A DNA stretch of 64,000 bases from Chlorokybus atmophyticus (Eukaryota; Plantae; Mesostigma and Chlorokybus algae): assembly GCA_009103225.1 (NCBI GenBank), contig RHPI01003642.1:983099-1047098 (forward strand). Reading direction: 5' to 3'. Within the stretch, counting starts at the first letter, position 1. The number at the start of each line of letters is the position of its first letter. A model generated the notes under the pieces. The model was not told the origin of the DNA and did no database searches. It saw nothing but the letters and a program-made list of their open reading frames with translations. A program made the position numbers and the translations under genes. Of this stretch, positions 1-11,535 are shown in pieces.

Positions 1-1475
1 TGGGTGTACAGGATATGCGCAGTGCTGTGTGTCACTTACTGTAACCAAGCTGTTGATATAGACGTACACACTGTCTTGGCAACACTTGCGTACGCATTGC
101 ACGTTTGTACGTATTGGTTTTTGGTGGTTGAGCGAACAATAGTAACACTTACTTGAGGGGCTTGAAGGTGAAGAGTGTCCATTCGCCGCCCAGGCTGGAT
201 GCGGTGTTATTCAGTCAACATGTTGCAATGCTCTTTGTCTGTTTTGCTGTGAAGTGTTGCGATTTGGAAGCTGCGTCCCGCTGGAAGGGGCAGGCTAGCT
301 CGCTTACATGTGTATTGCTGCATTGCGCTTGTGTAACATGGTCTGTATACAGACCATACTGCAGCATGTTGATAATCAACTGAGTGTTTGAACATGATCG
401 TGTTTCCATCATGAAGATCACTTAAAGGTGACAGTTGAAGACTATGATGCTTGCAGACTCGTATTCATCATGCACATGCCAATAGCACAGAGCTCAATAG
501 GTGCCTCCTTAACATCCGCTTCTCCAGCCACCGCATCTGGTACAATTTTCGTTGCACCAAACATCAATGTACGGACTGCAACCAGTCTGCGGCTCATATT
601 TGTCTCAGCATATTGGCATGTGTACTGCCTATATATTGACAAAAGATTGAGAGCCTGTGCCGGCACCTGCGACAAAGTGCAATGCATACGGTATGAGAGA
701 ACACCAACAAACAGTAGATCAAGCACTGCACAACGACAACTACAAATTTGGCTGGGGGGTGTAGTTTGTAAGCCAACCAACCAAGTACCCAACTGCCCTA
801 TGTATAACATAGTATGCAAGGATTGTGGCATGCATGAGAATGTAGCAAACATGCATGCAGTCCGCACACTACACCATCGCACTCTTATATTCAACACCGG
901 GATGTCCAAGCGCACTACTTATCTACCTTCACTACTGCCTGTACCCCGTGCACACAATGTATACTAGTGTGCATGTAATGCCTGAGTGGTTGTGATGCAT
1001 TGCATGCGCGTGCCTAATAGCACGTCATGTCTCCTGTACACATGCATGCATGTGTAATTACCTGTACAACACGACCAGGTTTTGTACAGGTTTGTGCGTG
1101 CGTGCAAATGCAGTGGGTGGCAGCCAGAAGATGGGAGGGGTAGGGTGGTAATGCATGTAGCACACCCCTATGTACTCTTCATACCATGTTTACATCTTGA
1201 GGTATATGCTCTTCTTGCATTGCAGCACAGATGCGTAGTAATCGTCATTGTTGCAAATGGCAAGTGTTAATTGCCAGGTTTGCAGAACAGCCTGTTGAAA
1301 TGTACACAACAGAGACGCCTGTGACAATGATAACCTGAGAGCAGCACACCAGGGCTATATTGGAATTGATCAACGCATACTAATGCAACTAGCGCGCGCG
1401 CGAAACACGAAACCTAGCTTGAACGCTGCTTCTAAGCTACTCGTCTCTGGGCTCCTAGTACAGTGCTTTCGGCTC

Positions 1476-2695
1476 TCACATAAAATCATAATCGTCCGTA
1501 TCGTCAACAGTGAAGCGGTCATCATCAAAGCTGTCCACGTTGAGCACTTTCTTCTTCGCGGGCGCTGTGGAGGCATCAATCAGTAGGAACAAGGCTAAAG
1601 ACGACAAACTTGTGCAGCAGCGCAAGTGCACAACAACACACGCACCTTTTTTCTTGGATCCTGTTGCGGCCTTCTCGGCCTTTTGCTTCTCATTTGCAAT
1701 GACAGTGAGGGAGCTCGCCTGGGTCTTGACTTCTTCAGACTTCATATTGGTCGTCGCCTTTCTCATGAGTGACTTGAGCATTGCCGCATAGTGTATACTT
1801 GACTGCGAGGATCAAACAACAGAGTGTCAGGGCGACCACGCATGCCCACATAAGCGAATCCGGAACAAGGCTTGGGCTTTATTGCAAATGCACATGCAAT
1901 GAAAGAGCACAACAATTCGCTCACCTCATAGGCCACAATTTTTGAGGCGACCATCTCGCCATAGAGGACAAAATCATCTTCAGACTTGGGAATCATTGCG
2001 TCCAAGTCAATAGCCTTGCCATCACCACCAAACAGCTCCTTCGCGTTCTGAAAATCGCTCTCTTCCACTAGCCGCTGCTGCCTCATCTTCTCCGCAATGG
2101 GATCGGCAAGCCGCTCATCCTTAGCAACACCTCTGCTCTCGTCATACTCCTTCTTCTTCTTAGATGCTTTCTTCTCAGCCTGAACAGACAAGGCACAACT
2201 GCGCTTTGCACATGAACACAGTGCATGCATCCAACACTATATCAATAGAGTACTACTAGTGTGAGTGGCACACAAAGCAACCGGCTTGCGCTTACAGCTG
2301 GTTTTGGTGTGGGTGAGGACTTGGAAGTCTCCTCTTCCTCCTCTTCTTCATCCTCGCCTTTCCACTTGGCAGCGGGAGGCGGTTCGGCTACCTTTGGCGG
2401 AACCACAAGGTCTGGTTCAAAGTCCTCGTCATCTGGAACACCGAGAAAAGAAGAGAGAATTCTCACCCAAGTGGCGTTACATGCACGCCTCAAACAAATG
2501 TCGCACAACACTCTGCCAGCTGCGTTGCAAGCCATGTGCATGCTGCAGCTATGCGCATGCAGGCTTTCTTGTTTCACAAACCCTGTGTGTGAAATGCTGC
2601 ACCCAATTACAGCATGCGCAGCATAATCAGTCACAACGACAACGGCTCAGACGTGGTAGTAAAGCAACTGAACAAAACTGACCCCAAGAAGCCAT
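1476..2695 (-). CDS. eIF3j: Eukaryotic translation initiation factor 3 subunit J (spliced)
   Basis: ATG at 2695 gives MASW|intron|DDEDFEPDL, then KWKGEDEEEEEE and ADPIAEKMRQQRLVEESDFQNAKELFG. The C-terminus is DDTDDYDFM* (TGA 1476-1478). These are the typical eIF3j/Hcr1 N-terminal acidic motif, central motif and DFM end. Confidence 0.93.
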
Positions 2696-3059
2696 GTTGG
2701 TGCAGGCAGGTGCAGGTTGGTGTGGTGGACGCGCAGCGTCCGGTCAGTCAAAGGTGTATGTTACGAGCGAAAGGAGTGAGGAAGCCAATGAATGAGTGCA
2801 GCGCCGTCGTCTCTACTCGAGCAGGCAACTCCAGCCATAAACCACCACCACCCAGCAGATGAACACCAGCAGCAGCACAGCTGTGCCTCCACTTGCCTCA
2901 ACCCAATCTCCCTTGGCTCAACTCAGACCAGCAGACAAACACGGTCCGTTGCCTTTCAGTATGCCTTCCTCTCGCTTGCGTCACGGAGAACAGCTCGCTG
3001 CACCAGGAGGCGGCGGCAGCGGCGGCGGTGCGTCCAACACTGCGTATGTGACAGCCGGC

Positions 3060-3067
3060 TAGGGTTT
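3060..3067 (-). promoter_or_regulatory. Telo-box (AAACCCTA) upstream of eIF3j
   Basis: TAGGGTTT on + at 3060-3067, next to the GC-rich leader of a translation gene. Telo-boxes are established elements of plant translation-gene promoters. An 8-mer can occur by chance. Confidence 0.4.
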
Positions 3068-3150
3068 GCGGCTCAACCAGTGCATGTGTTTGTGTGTGCA
3101 GGTTGCATGATGTCGGAGGCGGAGTGGTGACCCGCAGGTTACATGAACTT

Positions 3151-3199
3151 CTGAAAGGGTATTGGGGACCCCAATTTGGGGTCCCCAATACCCTTTCAG
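3151..3199. repeat. Perfect 49-bp palindrome (24-bp arms, 1-nt spacer)
   Basis: CTGAAAGGGTATTGGGGACCCCAA-T-TTGGGGTCCCCAATACCCTTTCAG; the arms are exact reverse complements. Confidence 0.97.
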
Positions 3200-5257
3200 G
3201 GGGGCTCATGTTGTGAAGCATAGCGATGCTAATTCATGCTCAACCAACACACGTTCCCAACCACGCACAAAACGCACACAAAGGTAACAAGGCACAGCAA
3301 GACAAGATTAAGGAAAGGCTTAGAGCAGTTGTGGGCCAATGGTACAGCCATAACATGAGGCCCTACTGTGGGCGGTCCACAAGTTATAAACCACAACATG
3401 GCCTGCAGTCACACTATTAATGTAAGAGATATGATACGGATGCAATAACCATTAACAAGCACACACAATCTTCGTTTTTTTGCTTATACAATTACACTTT
3501 GCATCTTTCGTACGAACAGAAGCAGTAGACTTGGCAATCAAAACATGGGCGAAAAATATGGTTGTGTTCAAAGAAAGTCACATGAGTTGTGTGACCCGTT
3601 CGGTCTTCTCGCATGCATAAAATGTCAAGCACATATTGGCATGAATGCATATATGTGTGTATATGCATCACGTCACGCGAGTCACGTGTGATAATATATT
3701 GCATCAACAGTATTTTAACATGTTAAAGGCAGTATTCGTAGGCATAAAAAGCATATATTTACCATTCGTAGCTTATTACAAGTTGTTCAGCTTCTTTTGC
3801 ATGCATTTCTTTTGTACGCATTGTGTATGATGTTGTCTTCCTATGCGATTTGAATTCTATGCGCGATATGTTTATACACAGCGAGTTTCACTTCGCAAGA
3901 TGCGCGCAAGTTGTTACAAGTTAGTCCAATAAAGTGACTTTGCATATCTCTTAATATTTTTCTTTGTTCTTATTTCCACTGATGCAGACCCCTTGAACAT
4001 AACATTAACAAATTTAAATACAGATCCTTGACATACATATCGTGAGTACGTTATGAGTGACTTGCTTTTGCGTGATGTACGTTGAGATTATTGAGCTGTG
4101 AATGCAAGCAAAGCTGTTGATGTTAATATCTTTGACTTAACATGCCACATTAAGCATAAAGTATTTTCATATTGGCGTGCTGATGCTATAAACGTGGTAC
4201 AAATAAGCATCATCTAGGAACAAGATCTGTTAAAATGTTGCATGCAATGCTTTTGGTTGTTCATGAGCTTTGATGCACTATTTCAACATGCACTCTTCAT
4301 ACATTATGCAGAAATCACACCGATCAAAATACACATGTGATTGGACTACTTTTAGCTGATACACGGGGTTGTAATCTGCAATAAACTCACACACATCGTT
4401 GTGCACACAATTGCACGTGAAGCATATATCAATCAAAAGCAATTTGCACATGTGCATGGAGTCAAGCCTTATTGTGGTTGATATGAAGAAATTATACTAC
4501 TAGTTAAAAGTTAAATAAGTACTGATATGCAAAACACAAACCCGATTTATAATCATATCACTCTCATGCTTACTTGACCGCCTTGTGAATTCTTCCTCAA
4601 TTCCACAAGAAAAAGTGCCTGCTAATTGCACGCTGCAAAGAAGAGTTGTATCTGTCCACAACTTGCCAGTTGAGTTTCATGCGTAACTTGCGACAAAAGT
4701 TTATTATAGCAATTACCGCAAAGCTGAAGCGCTTGCAATACATATTCCACCCTGTAATAAACTTCACGCATGGCATACATTATACACTCAGCGGTTTGAG
4801 TGCACAGAAGACAATAGAAACCAGCACAACAGGAGTCCTGCTACAGCACATGATAGCATAATGCAGACCATATCTGATATGCATAGCTGAACTCTGGGCT
4901 GCAAACAATCATGAAATGCTAGCCACCACTGGCACAATGTCAACAGATTACAAACAGCCTGTGCACCGTTGCCATTGCCATCTGTGCAATCCGGGAAACC
5001 CTAAGTGCAACGCGAATCACAAAACTCGCATGGGGTGTGGAGTTGACAGTAGTATGGAAGGTTGGAATGGTCTGGCGTGGCACAAAATGTAGGTGACTGC
5101 CAACAAATAATCAGCACAAGCACTGCTACTCAGCCGCACATGTGTACTTAGTCAACCCTACCAACACCGTGGAAAGATTTCAGCACGCGTCACCAACCAA
5201 AGGTAGCCACACCCGCAAGCCACCACAATTCAAACTGCACAGCACCAGCCGGCACTG

Positions 5258-7487
5258 TTACGTCCTTTCTAGTCCAACATGCGGCATGGGTCTCACTACG
5301 GAAGGCTGCACCTGTGTAGTCATCCTGAACAGAAGGCGCTCCATCTGCATCTGCCCGTTCAACAACGGCGCCATGAACTGGTCGCTTGCTGAGTGACACC
5401 ACGTCTCCACGGCCGACACCTGCAGCTCGATTTGGTGCACGCGCGTGTCTAGCTGCTCAACTCGCGACTGAATCTCAATCAACTTGGACTCAATCCGCTG
5501 CTGTCCAGCCAGAAGTTGAAGCCAGGCACTATCTGGAGCTGTGAAAGCATCATCGTGGAGTCAGTTGACAACCTTGTGCCACTGCCACTGTCATCCTAGT
5601 CAACAGCCATGGCGACATATGTGTTGAGTCGGTCTAGGTCTGCTTGTATACCTGACTTGAGACCGGGATGCCCTTGAAAAGACTCCTCAGCAGCATGTGG
5701 GCCAGAGCGCACATATGGGTCTGACACTTCTGCACACATGCACACGTGCAGAAAGCGAGTGAACATGAGAGCCTAAATGATTCCATGATACTGCAACTGA
5801 GACGTGCGCCAGGACATGATGCAACAGAAAAGTGCTGATAACAAAAATACGCCACATATTACTGGAGGGACAGTGCAGTGTTGGCAACAGCGCTGTGAAG
5901 GTATGCGCATGTGATCAACACGTACCAACTTTAACAGGAGAGTTCACAAATGCAGGTGTGCGTGCAGCTTTGGAGCGCCGGTTGACAGGTTGAGGACTGG
6001 GCTGTGGTGTGCCGCTATCATCAGCACCCAAAGCCCCTTTCCTCTTTTTCAATGGCCTGGCATTCTCGTGCCTGAACCCATTCTCCTGTCGCGCTGCATC
6101 AGCAATAGGGGACTGGGCAGCAGGAGCATGCCCAGCAGTGCCAGTGGTTCCCACGGGTTGCTGCTGTCCTGTGGGCGTTCCTGCTGCTGCTTGCTCATCA
6201 GGAGCTGCAATACAACACACTTGGCGTCACCAGCCATCATTGTCTCAACGAGCACAACTCTGTTGCTGCCACGGACACAGCCACAATCAGGAGTGTGAGC
6301 TCACCTGGAAAGCCGTCAACAAAGTCCATGGGAAACATGCTTTGGTTGGTGAGAGCGTTGGGGCCATCACGGGCCCTGACAGCCCTATCGTAAGCCAGTG
6401 CTGCGTCTTTCTCTCGTGCAAAATAGCCCAAACTCCTATCCTTGCCGTCGCTGTACATCTTCGCTCGCCATTTGTTGCTGCTTTTGCTGAATGTCACTCC
6501 TCTAAACTTGGAGGCCTGCTTACCATTTGAAGCTGCGGCAGGCCCTTTCGTAGGGTCGTCTGCAGCAGGAGTCTTTCGCTTTGCTCCAGGAAACGTAAGC
6601 AACTCTGCAGCTGGAGTACAGACAAAGTTTCATGCAGCCGCTACTGACTTATCTCTTGTTAGCTTATGACATGCACGCAGCTGCAGGACCATGACCACCA
6701 GGCAACCGACCCTCTTGCCCTGCAGATCAAACTTACCGCCTGCTCGACAAGCATCCTCATAACTGGCTCCCACATTGTAATCACCCGTCACAGCGTCCGA
6801 GTCTGGCGGTCCCGCGGGATGCGGGCTGGCGGAGCTTTGCAGGCGAGGGCTCGCAAGATCTTCAGGCGCAACAGACACTGTGGCAGTATTCTTGCCCCTT
6901 CGAAGCCCTGCTTGGGACGCACCTAAAGAAGTCGTCGTCGTCATCATCATCATCACCAACTAAGCACATGATAGTTACTTGGGACTACAAAGCTGACAAG
7001 CTGGCTATGCTGCATTATTGGGCGAATGCAAACAGCGAGCGACTTCAGCAAACTTAGTGCATAAGCGAGCCTTGCTTCACAAGTAGAGTGGCCTACGGGA
7101 GTACCAAGTGCTTGGCTGACATGAGCAGAACAGTGAAGCCCCACCTGAGACGCTATCTGGTGAGGGCTGCCCCTGTCCCCGTGCTTGTGCTTGTGCTTCT
7201 GCTTGTGCTTGATGGGGAGGCGATGGCACTGGTGGTTGGCGCTGCTGATGCTGCAGCTGCTTACCACCGTGATTTCCTTTTCCGTCCTTTGCATTGCACT
7301 GCGCTTCATCATCCGTCTCCTCATGCCCTCCCGCGTCGGACACGGCGTCGCTGCGCACATCGTCCTGCCGGCCAGTCGCCGCCGCATGGTCCGGAGGCGG
7401 TTCGACCGGGCTGCTGTCCCCGCTGGCCGGAGCCTTCTCCACCTCTGAGACGGCTGCCTGCATGACCATGCCAGCTGAGGGGGGCAT
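5258..7487 (-). CDS. AP2/ERF-domain transcription factor with low-complexity N-terminus and C-terminal coiled coil (spliced; start approximate)
   Basis: The exon at ~6300-6600 encodes SKFRGVTFSKSSNKWRAKMYSDGKDRSLGYFAREKDAALAYDRAVRARDGPNALTN, a canonical AP2 domain. Flanking in-frame exons have GT-AG sites. The last exon reads LLAGQQRIESKLIEIQSRVEQLDTRVHQIELQV...ERT* (stop 5258). Candidate ATGs are at 7487, 7469 and 7463. Confidence 0.85.
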
Positions 7488-7940
7488 GCGCTCGGTCCTG
7501 ATGACAGCCGGCCCCAACCCCAGACCAAGGCGATCCAGGCCAAGCCGGTGGCACACGCCGCCCCAGCGGCGGCGGCCTCTACTCCTGCTGCGCTACACCT
7601 CCATGCCCAGCGACGCCCACCAGGCCTTGCAGCAGCCGACCGTTCTCACACGCAACGCACGCACACAGCAGGCTACTCGCATACAGAAGCTTGGCCTGGC
7701 CTGGCTATGGCCGACCAGGCCACAGCCAGGCCAGCAGCCAGGCCGGCAGCCAGCTCTCGCATGCTAAAACGCCCCGCCGCACAGTTCACCGCCGATCGCA
7801 CAGCGCGCGACACTAGCAAAGCACGTAACCAATGGCGCCTAGCGTCACGCTCTTAGCATCACACTAGATTCTCAGAGTGATGCGTGACGCTGGCGCCCCC
7901 TGCTTCAGGCGGCGGCAGCTTCCGCTTGCTGTGCGGCGAC

Positions 7941-10484
7941 ATGGCGGAGGCGGCGGCTGCGGAGGCGCAGGCGCAAGCGGAGGAGCAGGAGCAGAGCATT
8001 CAGGAGCCAGCAGCGTCCTCGAAGCAAGTGCTGGAGGCTGCGAAAGCCGCTGCTGACACGCCGGCGGATGGCGTCACTGCGCAACTGCAGGGGTGGGTGC
8101 ATGAGAGGACGGTCATTGTTGGTGTCGTGGTTGTTGTTCAGGCTGCGCATGTTGATGCTACATAGCATAGCTTTTTTATTGGGGTCGCAGGTTGTCTCTG
8201 GAAGAGCGTTATGCACTTGCGAGGAGCGTAGGAGAGGAGTGCATTCAGGAGGATGAGCTGCGCAACTTACTGGATAAGAAGAAGGACCCAGTATGCTACG
8301 ATGGGTTTGAGCCGTCAGGACGCATGCACATTGCGCAGGTGCGCTTGGCAACTGGCAAGAGAGAACACGTTCCATTGTCATTTGTGTATCGTACGAACGT
8401 GCTGCATGCAGCTCATCCTGCAGCACGTTCGGACGATGCATCCTAGTTGACAGTCATGCTGGGGTGTGCGCATACGTCAAAGCAATATACTACTGCCAAT
8501 GCTTGCATTACCGGCAATGCTTGCGTGTGTTGTTGCTTTGCAAGCATAGCATAACAAAGTCGCAGCATTGGCGGAGACCTCATAGAACTACGCGAGCGCG
8601 CACAAGCTTACTGTGTGCACTGCACGCATTGGAAGTGACATTCCCTTGTTCGCAGGGTGTCATGAAGGCTTTGAACGTGAACAAGTTGACGAAGGCGGGG
8701 TGCATATTTAAGTTCTGGATTGCTGATTGGTTTGCCCTACTGAACAACAAGATGGGCGGCGACCTCAAGAAGATTCAGACGGTATGCTAGCACTGGATTG
8801 CATGCTGTGCCCAAGGCATTGCGGTAGGTCAGCATTGCATGTTCCATGCATTGCCCATTTCGGCCTGTGGAGCAGGTAGGGAAGTACATGATGGAGGTAT
8901 GGAAGGCTGTGGGAATGGATATGTCGAGGGTGCGGTTTCTGTGGTCTTCTGAGGAGATCAACGGACGCGCAGATAAGTACTGGCCACTAGTGATGGACAT
9001 TGCACGCAGGAACAAGCTGCCTCGCATCATTCGGTAAGCCTCTATGCGAAGATTTGCGGGTTGATTCATCTACACTGGCAGCATGCCTTCTATCAGCGAC
9101 TGCTAATGAATGGTTATTCTTGCTCGCTCTCATCCTCAGTCATGTGTTTTACAGGTGCTCACAGATTATGGGGCGCAACGAGACTGATGACCTCTCCGCA
9201 GCACAGATATTTTACCCTTGCATGCAGTGCGCGGACATCTTCTTTCTAGAGGTACTGTGGTTCCATAACGCCAGTGTGTGAGATTGCCATACAACCTGCC
9301 ACATGTATTGCCTCTGACCTTCGGTAGCTTACCTGTCCTCTCATGGTCTTGGTTGCTACTCATGTTGCTGTCCAAGTTTTTGTCCTATTAGCCCTTGTGC
9401 TGTGCGGTGGTACTGTACATTTGCTGCCTGTCTGACGTGGTGTCACTTGGCAGGCAGATATTTGCCAGTTAGGCGTAGATCAGAGGAAAGTAAACGTGTT
9501 GGCGCGTGAGTACTGCGATGACATCAAGCGCAAAAACAAGCCCATTATTTTGTCACATCGTATCCACACGCCTTTAGTGTGCCAGTTGCCACTTACCAAT
9601 GTGCTTTGCCGCTCTTGTCATGTTCACAAAGGGCAACTCCTTGACAACATCATCAGACATGCTGATGGGCCTACAACAAGGGCAAGAAAAGATGTCAAAA
9701 AGTGATCCGGACTCTGCCATCTTCATGGAAGACTCAGAGGTTGGTTTCTATCGTCTTCTCTCTATGGTACAACGCTGTTGCATGATGGTGAATGTGCTTG
9801 AAGCGTCTGTATGTTACTTGGCAGTTACATTGGCTATTTTTGTGGCTTGATGTACGCTTTGGTTGAATAGGCGGATGTCAATCTGAAGATCAAGAAGGCT
9901 TACTGTCCACCCCAAACCATTGCCGGCAATCCCTGCATTGAGTACATTCTTTACATTGTGATGCCATGGTACGGACAGTTTGAAGTGGAGCGAAAACCAG
10001 ACAATGGCGGCATCAAGTAAGGGTTAAGCACGAATACAAGTAAATGTTTCACGAGACAAAATCGGTTCAGTGCAGTGGCATGGTTCACCACATATATGCA
10101 TGCACGCAGAGTTTACACCACTTCCACGGAGCTGATAGAGGACTACGAAAGCGGTGCCCTTCATCCAGGCGACTTGAAGCCTTCCCTGGCAAAGGCGTTG
10201 AACCAGATTCTTGAGGTTAGTGCGGGGTCAGTGACTTCGTTTTCTACTGTTGGCCTGCTCTGCCTGACGCCTTGAGCGAGTTGCATGGTTGTACCTGATT
10301 CGCTTTTGCTGCGACAGCCTGTCAGGGAGCATTTCAAAACTGACCCTGCTGCCAAGAAGCTGCTGGCAACTGTCAAGGTGTGCAATTCTTCCGCAAGTCA
10401 TGGTTTTCTTGCGCGCTTTGTGTGTCCTTGCATTGGCTTGGCAAACCCTCACCCTTTCTGCAGGCGTACAAGGTCACTCGGTGA
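7941..10484 (+). CDS. TyrRS: Cytosolic tyrosyl-tRNA synthetase (spliced)
   Basis: Contains YDGFEPSGRMHIAQG (HIGH-like), IFYPCMQCADIFFL, ICQLGVDQRKVNVLAREYCD and QEKMSKSDPDSAIFMED (KMSKS). Ends VK|AYKVTR* (TGA 10482-10484). Confidence 0.97.
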
Positions 10485-11535
10485 TACTGCACTTGCAGTT
10501 GGATAGCGAAGCCTTCTAGCAATTTCAAGCAAAGCGTTGAATTTTCCTGAATGTGAACTGGTTCGGATGCCTTTTGCGGTCGTGCTAGGCAGGTTGCGTG
10601 CAGGGCACCTGCAGTAGCACACACACTACTCTGCAGGACCGGGCACTACTCAGGGGCACCATTTTGGGCACTACTCTGCAAGACCGGGCGGGGCGTAGTT
10701 TGGCACTGAAAGTTGAGACGCGTGGTTGAGAGGGAGTGCTGTTGTGCATAAAGGTGCGCGTGGCGCGCCAAGATGTCAATTACAACAGCAATCTCCTGAG
10801 CGTGTGTTGGTCCGACAACTATATTCCCCGGCCAAAATTTCCAGTTTGTCTTGCTATCTAATCTTACTCTATGTGCAAGTTTGGCTGACTTTGCTTGTGC
10901 TACCATACCGTACATATGCAATGTGTAAGAAGATTCGTTGCAAAAAATAACAGAGATCGAGCTGCACTTCTCCCCCTTCGTAAAGAAGTGATCACTACAT
11001 ACACCGCAAAGGCCATGTCTTGCTTCATCTGGTCAGAGTGGTAAGGTGAACACATCGTCATCGTGTAAAGCATCCATGTGAGCTCGCCCTGCATGTAATA
11101 CAGCTGCAGCTCAAGGCGACATGAGAACTGGCTGATGATGTGCCACGTAAACCCTCCCCAAAAGCTTATGCTCCTTTGCCATTGAATGCCAAACAGTGTA
11201 TGCATGCAAGTCGTCTAAAGGCGCATAGTGCCTCAATTGAGCTGTGCATGAAAGCCGGCTGGCTGATCATAATACGCTTATTAGATACATGCTAATATAA
11301 TTCACCAACTGCATACTTGAAGCGTCACAACAGCAATAACACCCAACACAACTAGTTAAGAACATAGGCTGTATATTGCAGGTGACAACCTGTTCACAGC
11401 TAGGGTGGTCTAAATGAGCTGCTTCCACAGGAAGCAGTATTACTAATGGTATGTCTTGAAGCACACAGTACACGTTGACCAGCCAAAACCCCGTTGCTGC
11501 CGGCACAACAAAGCTAACTTCAGCATGGGTTGGCT

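Noticed and set aside
1-960. Possible minus-strand exons (e.g. LGGEWTLFTFKPL|GTAAGT near 150-200; VPAQALNLL... 442-670)
   Set aside because: Splice-like signals are present, but there is no recognisable protein motif and no consistent gene model.
10624-10689. 21-bp direct repeat (CACTACTCTGCARGACCGGGC x2)
   Set aside because: A short local duplication in a 3' region with no further structure.
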